39,398 nucleotides of DNA, taken from positions 1 through 39,398 of the forward strand of contig JABANN010000324.1 in the NCBI GenBank assembly GCA_013115125.1. Direction: 5' to 3'. This stretch comes from Perkinsus olseni. Lineage: Eukaryota. A model generated the notes under the pieces. That model was not told the DNA's origin and made no database searches. It saw nothing but the letters and a program-made list of their open reading frames with translations. Every line of letters starts with the position of its first letter. The stretch's first letter is position 1. Positions 23,985 to 35,219 of this stretch are shown here, one piece after another. The position numbers were made by a program, and so were the translations under genes.

Positions 23985-24420
23985 CTATCACTCAGGGATC
24001 TCAAGTGCATTTCCTCGAGAAAGCTCTTATGGGAACTGGGTAAAACCTCAAGGGATTGGCTTAGTGGGTATCATAGGGCTGGAACTCAAACCTTAAAACG
24101 TAAGGACCTAACCTTAGAACCTACGACTTGAGACCCTAAGGTTTTACTAGAGGATCTCTAAGTGTAGGAAAGTCGGTATCAGTGATACCGTATAACAACG
24201 CTTAAGAACCCGAAAAATCCTGAAGGTTTTCGGTTCCTTGGGCCTATAGCTTAGGGAATGCAAGAAACTTGGGACCTAATATTTAGGTCGAGGTCCTTGA
24301 GGTCCCTTAAGGAGCAGTTAGGAGCTTCAGTGGGTATCACATGACTTAGGAGCTCCTCAAGGCGCTCCTAAAAGTTAGGAGCTCAAAAACCTCAAGTCGT
24401 AGGACCTAAATAAGCTCAGC
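23985..24420. repeat. CCTAAG/TTAGG-rich repetitive segment with an internal inverted repeat; probable MITE remnant
   Basis: 13-bp inverted pair cctacgacttgag (24120-24132) / ctcaagtcgtagg (24391-24403). ttaggagct occurs three times and agtgggtatca twice. Confidence 0.5.
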
Positions 24421-25066
24421 GTGCGCCCGACTGAAAATCCCTGCATAGTCGCTGTACCAAAAATTGAACTCTGGACACGGGCAACCCGAACAAAGAACAT
24501 ATCTATTCGACCAAGTACACCTTATCACGATTTCAATTGTAACTGACGTGGAGGCCTGCGGCTTGCACAGTACAACTTGTACTGTACAAGTTGTACTATG
24601 CAACCCATAGAACACAACGGGAGGAGATACTACGTGGGCCGCGTAACGCGGCATAGTCTACGCCGCCGAAGTGCGTAGAATGAACGTTGCTGCTTGACGG
24701 GTGGTCAGCGATGATAGTCTTTTTTGGTCCTTCTGCGGGAGTTTTTGATGCCTCATTTATGAATGTGTACGCGAAATTAACTAAGGTTTGAGCATGAGTA
24801 GTACTACGAGTCTTAGTCTATGAGAAGGCTTGTAGTGGGCAAGGTGGGACTAGAACCTGGTCTGGAGGACCGCAAAGGCTGCTCTGAGCCAACCTTGAAC
24901 ATGCTGTCTCCAGTAAACACGCTATACTAGGTAATAGTGCATGCCGGAGAGTGCCCCAGATTGTCCCTGAGCAGGACTTAGTATCTTCCCCTCTGCACTA
25001 TAGTGTTGGGATTAGAACTCGAAGAAACTCGATACGATATGACTCATCAAATGCATAAACCATGAA

Positions 25067-26128
25067 TCACGCGTGTAAGGTCAGACTGTGAATCTCGAAT
25101 TGCATACCCTTCAGGGCTACACGATGTGGCTCGTCGTCATCATCATCCAAGTATTCAGTCAGGACTTCTCCCATCACAGCAACGTGCCATGCATCCGTCA
25201 CAACCATAGAAACAATCCCAAAGCTGCTGAAGCCCTCACTCGTGATGAGTGGTACGCCAGTGAGGAAGTTGACAACTCGGATAGTGAACAGCGCGGAAGG
25301 AGTTGATGACACCTTACCAGAGCCATCAGTCTGCTGACATACGCACGCTAGACCGTCAACAGCCTCGGGGAGAAGGCGCATTTGTACAGCTCCACGCAAA
25401 GGCAGAGAGAACATGAGCTCATCGGCACCATCCACCCCACGATTGTGCCGCACAAGTCGATAGACGCAGTCGATTTGACCTGGCTTCGGGTACTGAAGAA
25501 GCTGAAGCTGCTCAACACTGTCATGGCTCAATGCCACATCAGCAACGATGTTATCAGTCCAGGCCAAGTCGGAAGAGAATCGCCAACCGTTGCCGTCAGC
25601 AGTGTACATGTGATGGTCGTCGGCCGAGAGAAGCAGTAGATGGCTACCGAGTGACCAAAGGCCGGCAACCTTTCGGCAGTTGGGAGGGAATCGAATCAAA
25701 TCAGGAGATTTGCTTCTCGCTGATGCACGGTAAAGTCGATTTCCGAACATAGAGACGTAGTAAACATCACCCTGGTGAAAACACACCATCAATGGGGTGT
25801 GAGGGATTTCATAGGCTGATGTCGATGATGACTGAGAAAGCGGCACTTCTTCGACCGTATGAACCCCCGATGCTCGACCAGGGGAAGCGACTACTCCGAC
25901 CGAACTACGATCAGGCAGCTTGAATATGAAAGGTAGGGGGTCGGGGAAGGTTGAACTCACTAAGATGCTCTCCCTAGCCGGGGCAACACTCCGCGGATAA
26001 CGCGAGCGGATGAATGACCAGATGATTGCCTTGACATCATCACAAACTTCATTACCAGACGACAGGCGCCCGAGTTGTAAGATGTGTTTCTCACAGGGAG
26101 AGGCCGGGACAGACGAGGACGATGCCAT
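25067..26128 (-). CDS. F-box-like N-terminus + beta-propeller-like protein (family member C), 353 aa
   Basis: Intronless ORF. The N-terminal helix motif LGRLSSGNEVCDDVKAIIWSFI, blade-like repeats (CFHQGDVYYVSMFGNRLYR) and C-terminal SMVVTDAWHVAV are shared with the neighbouring genes. Confidence 0.75.
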   Translation of the reverse strand: MASSSSVPASPCEKHILQLGRLSSGNEVCDDVKAIIWSFIRSRYPRSVAPARESILVSSTFPDPLPFIFKLPDRSSVGVVASPGRASGVHTVEEVPLSQSSSTSAYEIPHTPLMVCFHQGDVYYVSMFGNRLYRASARSKSPDLIRFPPNCRKVAGLWSLGSHLLLLSADDHHMYTADGNGWRFSSDLAWTDNIVADVALSHDSVEQLQLLQYPKPGQIDCVYRLVRHNRGVDGADELMFSLPLRGAVQMRLLPEAVDGLACVCQQTDGSGKVSSTPSALFTIRVVNFLTGVPLITSEGFSSFGIVSMVVTDAWHVAVMGEVLTEYLDDDDDEPHRVALKGMQFEIHSLTLHA

Positions 26129-26759
26129 CGCTCTTGGAAGGGTTAAGGCGCCTGATGCAGAGAGTTCCTAGGATGGCCTGCTCGAGGGAGGGACGATGAC
26201 GAATCGAGTGACATCAATGACGGCCACCCCATCCCTCTACTCCTATCGCCTGACCACCTCCAAGGCTCCAACTAGCGCAACACGCTGCACACGAGACAAG
26301 ACCGGAGATGCAATGGCTGTGGGCGAGGTAAGAATGGATGTGTTGGGTAGTCGATGGAATATTCATCTCAGAATCATACTGGGTGACATCGGTAGCAGTG
26401 GGTTTCAACGACTTGTCGCCATATCAAGTAATTGAGTCGAGATAAAGCAACTTTTAGTCCCTTGACGGTTGTCCGAAAGCCAGGCAAGTAGTGAGTTGAA
26501 CTGACTCAGTTCGCCTATAGTCCATTGCTTGCCCACTAGTCCTGAAAGAAATTCATAGCAGAAGAGGAACGAGGATGGCACTCCCTGGCTGAGGCGATGC
26601 GATTCTCATCACGATACTCGCAGTTGTTATCATCCTCGATATTCCATCCTAAATTCTACAGAATTCTCGATGCTCACCAAAAACTCAAAACGACAGGAGA
26701 CGAATAAAAACTGACCGTAAAGTGAGAGCAGACAATCGAGTCTTAGGCGGGCACAATGG

Positions 26760-28031
26760 TCAATAAAGGGCCCACTGAGGATAGAAACTATCGTAATTAG
26801 GTCCCCAACGATACTGATCACTCAGATAGTAATTCATCGCAGACGAGGTTGTAGATCGGGGAGATTCTAAATCGTCATCATCATCTTCCGAATCCTTGCC
26901 CGCAAAGTGAAAACGCAAAGGTGCGTCGTCGTCACTGTAAGTTCCGTGTTCGTAATCTAATTCGATTAATCTCAGCTTTCCAGTGTGATGCTGGTACGGG
27001 TTGTGGTGGTTTGGCGAGCGACGGCTACTCGTTACAGTATTCACCACCCAGTTGTTATCTATACTGAGAGAAATGAGCTCCTCGTTGGCGAGATCGATGC
27101 CCATCTCTGAGAGGGCGACGACGCGGTGCTCTATCATGTCATAAACGTAGAAGGACATTTCCCATGAGGATCCAAAGAAGCCACAGCAGATGCCGGCCTT
27201 GGTGTTCGGCACCAGTCGGCACATGCGCGCATGAACACCGGGAGAGAACACACTTGCTTGGCCGTCTCTCCAATAACAAAGTCTGCCCATCGTGTCTCCT
27301 TGGATGTAGAGCATTTCCGTCACCTTCCCGTCCTCAATTATGGCGTCCTGAAAGATCGGCTCGGAAGTGTAGGAATCTGTCTCTTCGCCGAAGTCGTCCT
27401 CATAGCCGATGTCGTCAATACTCTCTGAGTCGGCAACGTCAGCCTTAGTCAGAGTAGCAACTTGTCGTGCTCGAGCGGAGGGGGTATCGATCATGTAGAG
27501 TTTATAGCTTCGCTCCGCTACAAAGAAGAGAGCGCCACTCGCCACTTGCAGCTGAGTCACCGGCCCGGGGAGGTCCACGACAGTCGGTGCAGTGATTCCT
27601 CTCTGTACGGGTCTTCGTCTGAGCTTCTTGGGGTCCCCGCGGACTGTGTAGAACAGCTTGCTACCATAGACACAGCCAAGCACGGGAACGGCGTCCAGCT
27701 TGAAGAGCACATCCGTCAAATCTTCGTCGGAGGGCCGTTCTTGACCCGGCTGCAGGGGCGGTAGGCTATTGAGGGTAGACCAACGGAAGACGGTTCGCTG
27801 ATCACGCCGTGACACGCAGTAGATGTGGTGGTCACAGTCAGACTCTAAAGGCCGGACGGCGCACGGAATGGACGTGGTAGTGGAGACGTTAATGATGCTT
27901 GGCACGATCGGCGGGAAGTAGCTCCACAATAGCCGTTTGATGTCTTCCAACAAGTGGTCGACGACTGTTAGTCTTGCCACCAGAATATGATGAAATGTTG
28001 AAGGCTCGGCTTTCCTGCTCGTGGTGGCCAT
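26760..28031 (-). CDS. F-box-like N-terminus + beta-propeller-like protein (family member B), 423 aa
   Basis: First ATG is at 28031 (MATTSRK); the track's start at 28079 is non-ATG. Motifs: ARLTVVDHLLEDIKRLLWSYFPP, GCVYGSKLFYTVRG, SLSIDNNWVVN, plus acidic loops. Paralogue of 29653-30939. Confidence 0.8.
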   Translation of the reverse strand: MATTSRKAEPSTFHHILVARLTVVDHLLEDIKRLLWSYFPPIVPSIINVSTTTSIPCAVRPLESDCDHHIYCVSRRDQRTVFRWSTLNSLPPLQPGQERPSDEDLTDVLFKLDAVPVLGCVYGSKLFYTVRGDPKKLRRRPVQRGITAPTVVDLPGPVTQLQVASGALFFVAERSYKLYMIDTPSARARQVATLTKADVADSESIDDIGYEDDFGEETDSYTSEPIFQDAIIEDGKVTEMLYIQGDTMGRLCYWRDGQASVFSPGVHARMCRLVPNTKAGICCGFFGSSWEMSFYVYDMIEHRVVALSEMGIDLANEELISLSIDNNWVVNTVTSSRRSPNHHNPYQHHTGKLRLIELDYEHGTYSDDDAPLRFHFAGKDSEDDDDDLESPRSTTSSAMNYYLSDQYRWGPNYDSFYPQWALY

Positions 28032-28160
28032 GAGGAGCTCCGTGGTTCTCACGTAGCAACCTGTGAAGGCGCGCAACACTAGGAAGCCGAGGATCGCGCA
28101 TCGTCACACCTGGCCAACACAGAAAAGTCCGGGGTTGAATGATACGAATGAGAGGGGCTC

Positions 28161-29129
28161 TCATGTAGTGCAGCACAAAGTGATGCCATTGAACGGCCCC
28201 GGGGAGAAGTTGTGGCCGCCGAGGCCGTCCTCACTTTCCTCTACTATCACAACCACCTTCCAATCATCAGTAACGGCCATCGACCAGACGTCCCATCCTA
28301 TGAAGGGAGTGCTGTATGACAGTACAGTCTGCCTTATAGCATCAACAAGGCATACCGTACAAGAGAGCTCATCAGGGAAGAGGCAACAGACACAAGCTAC
28401 GGCATCGGTATGGGGAACGAAGCGTGCGGCTGTAGCACCGGTAATGCTGGTGATGAGCACATCAGAGCCGTCAGTGCTGAGACAGACGTTACCCACCGGC
28501 CGGTCCTCGACGGAGTGGTCTAAAATGTAGAGGAAATAATCGTCGCCGATGGGGATGGTGTCGAAGGAGAGCAGTTGGTCCTCCAGCTGTAGAAGGCAAA
28601 CCCACGAGGAGCTTGGGGGTTGTAGACGATAAACACGATTGGTGTCACGCAAGACGACGAAGACGCCGCTGGATGACGAGCGTATCATAGAAAGGGTGCC
28701 AGGGAGAGGGAGTGGGTCGAGCTCAACACCCTCTCGAGTTGACCATCTCCTCAATTGCCTCAATCGGCCGTCAGCGTAGTACAGAACATCGTGGTGAGCA
28801 CAGACGTGGCTGATGCCTCGGCTGACACGAAGGGTGGTCTTCGTGGAGAGAGTGCGGGGATGCAATGATACCACCTCATGATGGGACACTGCGAAGGAGC
28901 GGAGGTCAATGCCGATGAGGGAGGAGTGGCCATCCGAGGGCGAAAGGTCAGTCAGGGTCCCGGAGATCGACGAGGTGTTGGTAATAGTGATAGTAGAGGG
29001 TGGTGAGGGATGAATCAGAGACCAGATGGATCTGATGACCTCCTCATGGGACCCGCCCAGTGATGACTGCAACGAGTGGAGTTGGAGTACCAACCGATAT
29101 CGCCAAACTGCTGCGATGGATGATGCCAT
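28161..29129 (-). CDS. F-box-like N-terminus + beta-propeller-like protein (family member A), 322 aa
   Basis: Intronless ORF with LQSSLGGSHEEVIRSIWSLIHPSPP, CAHHDVLYYADG and SMAVTDDWKVVV. A near-identical copy lies at 34251-35219. Confidence 0.8.
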   Translation of the reverse strand: MASSIAAVWRYRLVLQLHSLQSSLGGSHEEVIRSIWSLIHPSPPSTITITNTSSISGTLTDLSPSDGHSSLIGIDLRSFAVSHHEVVSLHPRTLSTKTTLRVSRGISHVCAHHDVLYYADGRLRQLRRWSTREGVELDPLPLPGTLSMIRSSSSGVFVVLRDTNRVYRLQPPSSSWVCLLQLEDQLLSFDTIPIGDDYFLYILDHSVEDRPVGNVCLSTDGSDVLITSITGATAARFVPHTDAVACVCCLFPDELSCTVCLVDAIRQTVLSYSTPFIGWDVWSMAVTDDWKVVVIVEESEDGLGGHNFSPGPFNGITLCCTT

Positions 29130-29652
29130 CCCATGCTTAGCATAAAAAACTAAGTAGACGTAAACTCACTAGTGGGGGCGAACTCGCAGCAGCAGGACCC
29201 AAGCACTAGCCGAGGTACTCTCCCGAATGCAGTTCGATGCCAGCAGTAGCAACAGCAGCAACAACAACACAGTCCGTAGACCAACGCCTCTCTCGATCAT
29301 CTCTCCACTGCCCACCGCAAAAGAACCAACTGATGAAACTCTATCAGTGGTGAGACAGAAGGCTCGTTATTGATGAGGTTCTGAAACGTTTTGCAGTGCC
29401 ACAAGAGTGTCCCGCTACGTCCAGCTTAACAGGGGGGCAATCAAGGGACCATGAGCAACTCTGTGTGATGAGAACGCCTTTTCCGGAGTGAGTCCGAGAC
29501 AGTCAATATGAACCGCACAAGAGTGCTTCGGATTAGCTTTCGGACGCAGAACTGAGGGAACGCTATACCCCAGGGTAGTGAGATACTGGGTCGTCTCTCC
29601 AGTCGAAAATCGAGGTTAAAAAGATGATATCTCATGTTACAAGGGATAGGCC

Positions 29653-30939
29653 CTACCAGAAAACGTCTAATGGTGAGCTTATATCGTCACTGTACCGATT
29701 GTCATCAGAAAAGCCGTCATCGAAGTAGTCATCATCATGATCGAAGAAATCAGAGGGGAAACCAAATCTACTAAGAGCAAGATTGTAGTAATCGTCCATG
29801 CCATATGCCTCCGAAGAAAACTCTGCCTTACTCAAAGTCACGAAATCGAAATCGTGCTCCTCATCATCGGCGTCCAGATCGTGTTTCAGTGTGATCGGTA
29901 TGAGCCTGCCGCTGTCTTGGGCACCATAGAGGTGTTCGACTTCCTGACGGCCGCTGGTTAGGAGGGTGGCCGTCCAATCGTTGCGCACGTTTAGAGAAAT
30001 GAGTTCTTCACCACGTTCTGTAAGATCAAGGAAGCACTCTGGCTCAGTGAAGACGCGGTGGTCTACTATGTCGTAGACGTAGAAGCACATCTCCCATGAG
30101 GATCCAAAGAAGCCACAGCAGATGCCGGCCTTGGTGTTCGGCACCAGTCGGCACATGCGCGCATGAACACCGGGAGAGACCACACTTGCTTGGCCGTCTC
30201 TCCAATAACAAAGTCTGCCCATCGTGTCTCCTTGGATGTAAAGCATTTCCGTCACCTTCCCGTTCTCGATTTTGGCGTCCTGAAAGATCGGCTCGGGGCG
30301 GTAGGAATCAAACTCTTCCTCTGAGTCGTCCTCCTCATCGCCGAGGTCTTCGATAATCTCCGATTCGTCAGCCTTAGTCAGAGTGGTAACTTGTCGAGCC
30401 TCAGCGGAGGGACTGTCGATCATGTAGAGTTTATAGCTCCGCTCCGCCACAAAAAAGAGAGCACCACTCGCGGGTTTTATTTGAATCACCTTCTCAGGCA
30501 GGCCTACCACAGCCGGTGTAGCACTCCCGCTCTGTAAAGGCCTTCGTCTCACGCGACCGGCATCTCCGTAGACTGTGTAGAAGAGCTGGTCATGGTAAAC
30601 ACAGCCGAGTTCGAGATCGCCGTCTAGCGCAAAGAGTTTCTTCATTCCATTTGATGAAGGATTCTCTGCCATTTCGACAGCGTAGATTACTCGTTCAAGG
30701 TCTCGTGAGACTCCATGAATCAGACGGCCACCATCGGAATCGAAGAGACGGAACGTCCCTGGGACAGTCTTCCCCTCAGAATCGTGGACGAAGTTTGGCG
30801 AAAGGGGTGGTAGGTATTCCCATACCAGCCGCTTGATGTCCTCCAACAGGGGGAGTGACTTGCGGTCGATGACACAAAGCCTGGCCAGTACGATATCCCG
30901 GGGAAAGGCGGCCCCTTCAGTGATACTCGAGCCTGACAT
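29653..30939 (-). CDS. F-box-like N-terminus + beta-propeller-like protein (family member B'), 428 aa
   Basis: Intronless ORF with LARLCVIDRKSLPLLEDIKRLVWEYLPP and an acidic Asp/Phe-rich tail. Clear paralogue of 26760-28031. Confidence 0.8.
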   Translation of the reverse strand: MSGSSITEGAAFPRDIVLARLCVIDRKSLPLLEDIKRLVWEYLPPLSPNFVHDSEGKTVPGTFRLFDSDGGRLIHGVSRDLERVIYAVEMAENPSSNGMKKLFALDGDLELGCVYHDQLFYTVYGDAGRVRRRPLQSGSATPAVVGLPEKVIQIKPASGALFFVAERSYKLYMIDSPSAEARQVTTLTKADESEIIEDLGDEEDDSEEEFDSYRPEPIFQDAKIENGKVTEMLYIQGDTMGRLCYWRDGQASVVSPGVHARMCRLVPNTKAGICCGFFGSSWEMCFYVYDIVDHRVFTEPECFLDLTERGEELISLNVRNDWTATLLTSGRQEVEHLYGAQDSGRLIPITLKHDLDADDEEHDFDFVTLSKAEFSSEAYGMDDYYNLALSRFGFPSDFFDHDDDYFDDGFSDDNRYSDDISSPLDVFW

Positions 30940-31071
30940 GATAAGATTAAAGATTTACGGAAACTGACAGACTCGGGACTGACAGATCATGGAAGGTGGG
31001 TTGCGTCGCCGCACTCCTGGTCATAGCTCACGAAGAGAACCGGGGCTGAATGATACGAATGAAAGAGCCTC

Positions 31072-31201
31072 TCATGTGGTGCAGCATAAAGTGATGCCAT
31101 TGAACGGCCCCGGGGAGAAGTTGTGGCCGCCGAGGCCGTCCTCACTTTCCTCTACTATCACAACCACCTCCCAATCATCAGTAACGGCCATCGACCAGAC
31201 G
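31072..31201 (-). pseudogene. 3'-terminal fragment (last ~43 codons) of gene A
   Basis: Matches 28161-28290 and the reverse complement of 35090-35219 (VWSMAVTDDWEVVV..LCCTT*). Similarity stops abruptly at 31201. Confidence 0.9.
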
Positions 31202-31475
31202 TTTTCTTTTTCATCCAGTGGTGCCTCCGCACTAGCAACTCGACATGAATTTGGATTAGACTCTGACTTGAGCGCCGACTTATCAATTTGATCGGCTCAG
31301 TTTCCCCAAAAACGTAATATTGCAATCAGACAGAAAGCATAAGCTTTCTGACAAAGGAAGACGTGGACTTACTTTGACTACACATCAGAAGATACTAAAA
31401 CCCACCGCACCGCTCCAAAAAGTATATACAGCTCACGTAACGATGCTGCTGGTCAATACACAACAAAAACGATCA

Positions 31476-33023
31476 TCAAACATTTGATACGGAATCTTCC
31501 GTCTTTTCTCGAGATAACTGCTCGTTCCTTATGCGGTGGTAATAAGGTACCATTGCCAGCGAGCCCACAGCGCCTACTAAGGCCAACCCAATTAGAAGGT
31601 AGTAATAGTAGTCGTAGTGAGAGGATGTGATAGACTCCTTCGCATTCTTGGGATCGAAATCTCGCAACCAACCACTGGCAATCTTGAACAGAACCGCTGA
31701 AAGGACTGAGGCGATGGCGTTGAAACAGAGGTTCACGGCGGAAGCGACTGCTTTGAGTTGACTCGGGGCGTGCGTATAAGCGACCTCATAGGAAGTTGAG
31801 ATGAGAAAAACTTCGCCAGACGCGATAAAAGTGAACTGTGGGATCTGCCACCAGATGGATACTGTGAAGGGGGCGTGAGACATGACAGCATACTCCACGA
31901 TGAGAGCACAGACCAATGCCAAGGCGGCAAAGAGCGATCCAATACAGAAGCGTACTAAGACTGATGGCATCTGATCACGCTTTCTGAGGAACGGGAAAAC
32001 CACACTATCCACGATCACCGAAGTGGCAATAACCGCCAAAGGATCGACATTCTGCATGAGGGCAGCTGGCATGTTCCAACCGAAGGTGTTACGGTCCATC
32101 TTGAGCCCTTGGGTGAGGAAGGTAGTGGTCATGTTATTGTAGGCCATCACAAAGGGTACGATTAGCACAAAGAGTGGTATCAATCGAAAGAACACTCTGG
32201 CATCCTCGATGAACTCATCCTCGAACTTTCCACCCTTACTCTTCTTGTTATTCTCTAGAGAGCACTTGAATACGGAGTAAATGGCGACTTTACCAACCTG
32301 CAGTACGGCTGAACCCTGCGGCTTAGCTTTGACGTAGCGCTTGAGGAAGTCACCAGTCACGAACACCGTAGTGGCAACAACAAAGAAGATGAGGGGAAAG
32401 ACGAAACTCGCAGCAAAGGAGATCTCCTGCACGATAATGGGAGCAGCTATTCCACCGATGATGCCACCAAGATTGATTGACGCGTAAAAATAGGTGAAGA
32501 ACCGCGTTATGGTATTCTTATGCTCTTCGGGATGCATCTGTTGTGCTCCCATAACGTTAACGCAGGCCTTGATACCACCGGCGCCTACAGTAATCAGAAC
32601 CAGCAAGGAAAGATGTACCATCCATGCCTGACTGATTGACTTAATGGCAGACAAGGTGAGTAGCACCAGTCCGAGCATGTACAAGCCCGAGAAGCTGACG
32701 ATTGTTAAATACACACCGAGAAGGGTGTCTGCAATAATGCCAGCAAAAAGAGGAGTAATGTACAGAACTGCGTTGAAGATCGAAACATAGGAGTCAGCGG
32801 CGCTGTCAGTATAGCCGAGATACTCCTTAAGGAAAAGTTGAAGGTTAGGAATGAGACCGTAAAAGGCAAGGCGTTCACAGAACTCTTGCATGAGGATGAA
32901 TGCACAAGCATTGAGAAGGGGTCGCTCGAAGTAGTGATAGACGTTACCGGAGCGATCTACCCAGGTGTAAGGTTTGGCAGGTGGTTCCAACAGTCCGCGG
33001 ACGCTCGTGCTAAGCTTCGACAT
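31476..33023 (-). CDS. Proton-dependent oligopeptide transporter (POT/PTR2 family, MFS), 515 aa
   Basis: ExxERxxxY motif (QEFCERLAFYG), PTR2 signature regions (GIIADTLLG, GAGGIKACVNVMGAQQ, FFTYFYASINLG), WWQIPQF..GEV, EVAYTHAP, and about 12 hydrophobic helices. Intronless. Confidence 0.96.
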   Translation of the reverse strand: MSKLSTSVRGLLEPPAKPYTWVDRSGNVYHYFERPLLNACAFILMQEFCERLAFYGLIPNLQLFLKEYLGYTDSAADSYVSIFNAVLYITPLFAGIIADTLLGVYLTIVSFSGLYMLGLVLLTLSAIKSISQAWMVHLSLLVLITVGAGGIKACVNVMGAQQMHPEEHKNTITRFFTYFYASINLGGIIGGIAAPIIVQEISFAASFVFPLIFFVVATTVFVTGDFLKRYVKAKPQGSAVLQVGKVAIYSVFKCSLENNKKSKGGKFEDEFIEDARVFFRLIPLFVLIVPFVMAYNNMTTTFLTQGLKMDRNTFGWNMPAALMQNVDPLAVIATSVIVDSVVFPFLRKRDQMPSVLVRFCIGSLFAALALVCALIVEYAVMSHAPFTVSIWWQIPQFTFIASGEVFLISTSYEVAYTHAPSQLKAVASAVNLCFNAIASVLSAVLFKIASGWLRDFDPKNAKESITSSHYDYYYYLLIGLALVGAVGSLAMVPYYHRIRNEQLSREKTEDSVSNV

Positions 33024-34250
33024 TCAAACAGTGGGAAAAAGAGGAGTTGAAAAAACTGCCAGATTTGGAGCAGTTGAGGGCCGAGCGAGAGAAAGTTCGT
33101 GTTCGGGAATGCGTGCGGCAGAGCTTCGTGCACGCGTGCGGTGAGAAATGTTAGAGCTGCGAGAATCCAGATGCGGTCTCGTGAGCCCATTGACTGCTTC
33201 GCGAACGTGCGATATTGGTAACACGGCCGGGTGGAAGGTAGAGTGCAATACGCACATCCCCGGAGATAACGAATGGGAGTAGAGACGGGTGCGGTTGTGG
33301 ACGCCTTGTGCGAACTACCCGAGACATGACGCTACCATTGTCCCTGACTGAAACTCCGTTATAGGCTCAACTTGGAGTCATCATGCCGCCAGGTGTTTAC
33401 CAGATTTACCTAGGCCGATAGTCTCGAACTGGGTCTTGAGGCAATGACTAACAAGACTGGGTTTCTCGCGCTCCTCCGAGGCAAACAGTCGGAGCGCAGA
33501 GGGACAATTGTGCGATGTGAGTGGCGCTCGCCCTATGATCGATTGAAGCCCGATGAAGCTCTGACATATTCACTCATCACTATCACGACGGATAAGCAAT
33601 GCCTATCTGTATGATGACTTATTATCGCCTTATTCCTGATGTTGCTGTCAATTGTGCAGTCAACCTGAGGAAGACAACCATTCGCAGTACTGACGACTAG
33701 TTTAGTTTAACCGGACGATTCACCTCGCTCACTAGCCGACTCTTGAGTCCCCGCATGTACTGAATCTTACTTCATTCGCTAAGAGGACGCTTTCCACTAA
33801 AATCATACCGCTCGCCCCTTTCCCCCTCGTTCGAGATTTTCGTGAGACTATCGGGACCTCAAATCGTTGGATTACTTGTGCGCTTCGGGTGGAAGATTCC
33901 GAGTAGCCAAGGTCGCTGAAACAAAAGCTGCTCCGGGGAGACCAATGTCAGCTGCTCTTTCCATTATATACAAGTTACCGCCTCCTAGGAACTAGCCTAT
34001 CCGCTTGGTATTCGGCTAAGCGAACAAGCAACCGCATTCGTTGTCGAGGTGGGTCGAAGGGTGTAACAGGTGCCGAGGGTGGGTGTAACAGAAGCGATTT
34101 GAGCCCCGGCCGGATCTTGCCTCGGTCACTATAACACCATCACGCACCGTTTCACAGCATCGCTTGCTCAATTACAACACGTGTCTATCGCGGAGGACAG
34201 GCTGTCTCGGTTGAGCTTAGCATAATTGATGTTTTCACGCTAAGCATGGG

Positions 34251-35219
34251 ATGGCATCATCCATCGCAGCAGTTTGGCGATATCGGTTGGTACTCCAACT
34301 CCACTCGTTGCAGTCATCACTGGGCGGGTCCCATGAGGAGGTCATCAGATCCATCTGGTCTCTGATTCATCCCTCACCACCCTCTACTATCACTATTACC
34401 AACACCTCGTCGATCTCCGGGACCCTGACTGACCTTTCGCCCTCGGATGGCCACTCCTCCCTCATCGGCATTGACCTCCGCTCCTTCGCAGTGTCCCATC
34501 ATGAGGTGGTATCATTGCATCCCCGCACTCTCTCCACGAAGACCATCCTTCGTGTCAGCCGAGGCATCAGCCACGTCTGTGCTCACCACGATGTTCTGTA
34601 CTACGCTGACGGCCGATTGAGGCAATTGAGGAGATGGTCAATGCGAGAGGGTGTTGAGCTCGACCCACTCCCTCTCCCTGGCACCCTTTCTATGATACGC
34701 TCGTCATCCAGCGGCGTCTTCGTCGTCTTGCGTGACACCAATCGTGTTTATCGTCTACAACCCCCAAGCTCCTCGTGGGTTTGCCTTCTACAGCTGGAGG
34801 ACCAACTGCTCTCCTTCGACACCATCCCCATCGGCGACGATTATTTCCTCTACATTTTAGACCACTCCGTCGAGGACCGGCCGGTGGGTAACGTCTGTCT
34901 CACCACTGACGGCTCTGATGTGCTCATCACCAGCATTACCGGTGCTACAGCCGCACGCTTCGTTCCCCATACCGATGCCGTAGCTTGTGTCTGTTGCCTC
35001 TTCCCTGATGAGCTCTCTTGTACGGTATGCCTTGTTGATGCTATAAGGCAGACTGTACTGTCATACAGCACTCCCTTCATAGGATGGGACGTCTGGTCGA
35101 TGGCCGTTACTGATGATTGGGAGGTGGTTGTGATAGTAGAGGAAAGTGAGGACGGCCTCGGCGGCCACAACTTCTCCCCGGGGCCGTTCAATGGCATCAC
35201 TTTATGCTGCACCACATGA
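34251..35219 (+). CDS. Inverted duplicate of family member A, 322 aa
   Basis: Differs from 28161-29129 by 4 amino acids (T>I, T>M, S>T, K>E). Confidence 0.8.
   Translation: MASSIAAVWRYRLVLQLHSLQSSLGGSHEEVIRSIWSLIHPSPPSTITITNTSSISGTLTDLSPSDGHSSLIGIDLRSFAVSHHEVVSLHPRTLSTKTILRVSRGISHVCAHHDVLYYADGRLRQLRRWSMREGVELDPLPLPGTLSMIRSSSSGVFVVLRDTNRVYRLQPPSSSWVCLLQLEDQLLSFDTIPIGDDYFLYILDHSVEDRPVGNVCLTTDGSDVLITSITGATAARFVPHTDAVACVCCLFPDELSCTVCLVDAIRQTVLSYSTPFIGWDVWSMAVTDDWEVVVIVEESEDGLGGHNFSPGPFNGITLCCTT

Noticed and set aside
24835-24900. Minus-strand tRNA-like head (TGGCTCAGAG..GGTTCTAGTCCC)
   Set aside because: It is too short, lacks a proper anticodon arm, and the B-box is imperfect.
28063-28530. Antisense ORFs at 28063-28530, 30989-31291, 34850-35245, 27164-27448 and 30096-30356
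   Set aside because: These are shadows of the A/B genes; their recurrence reflects only the duplications.
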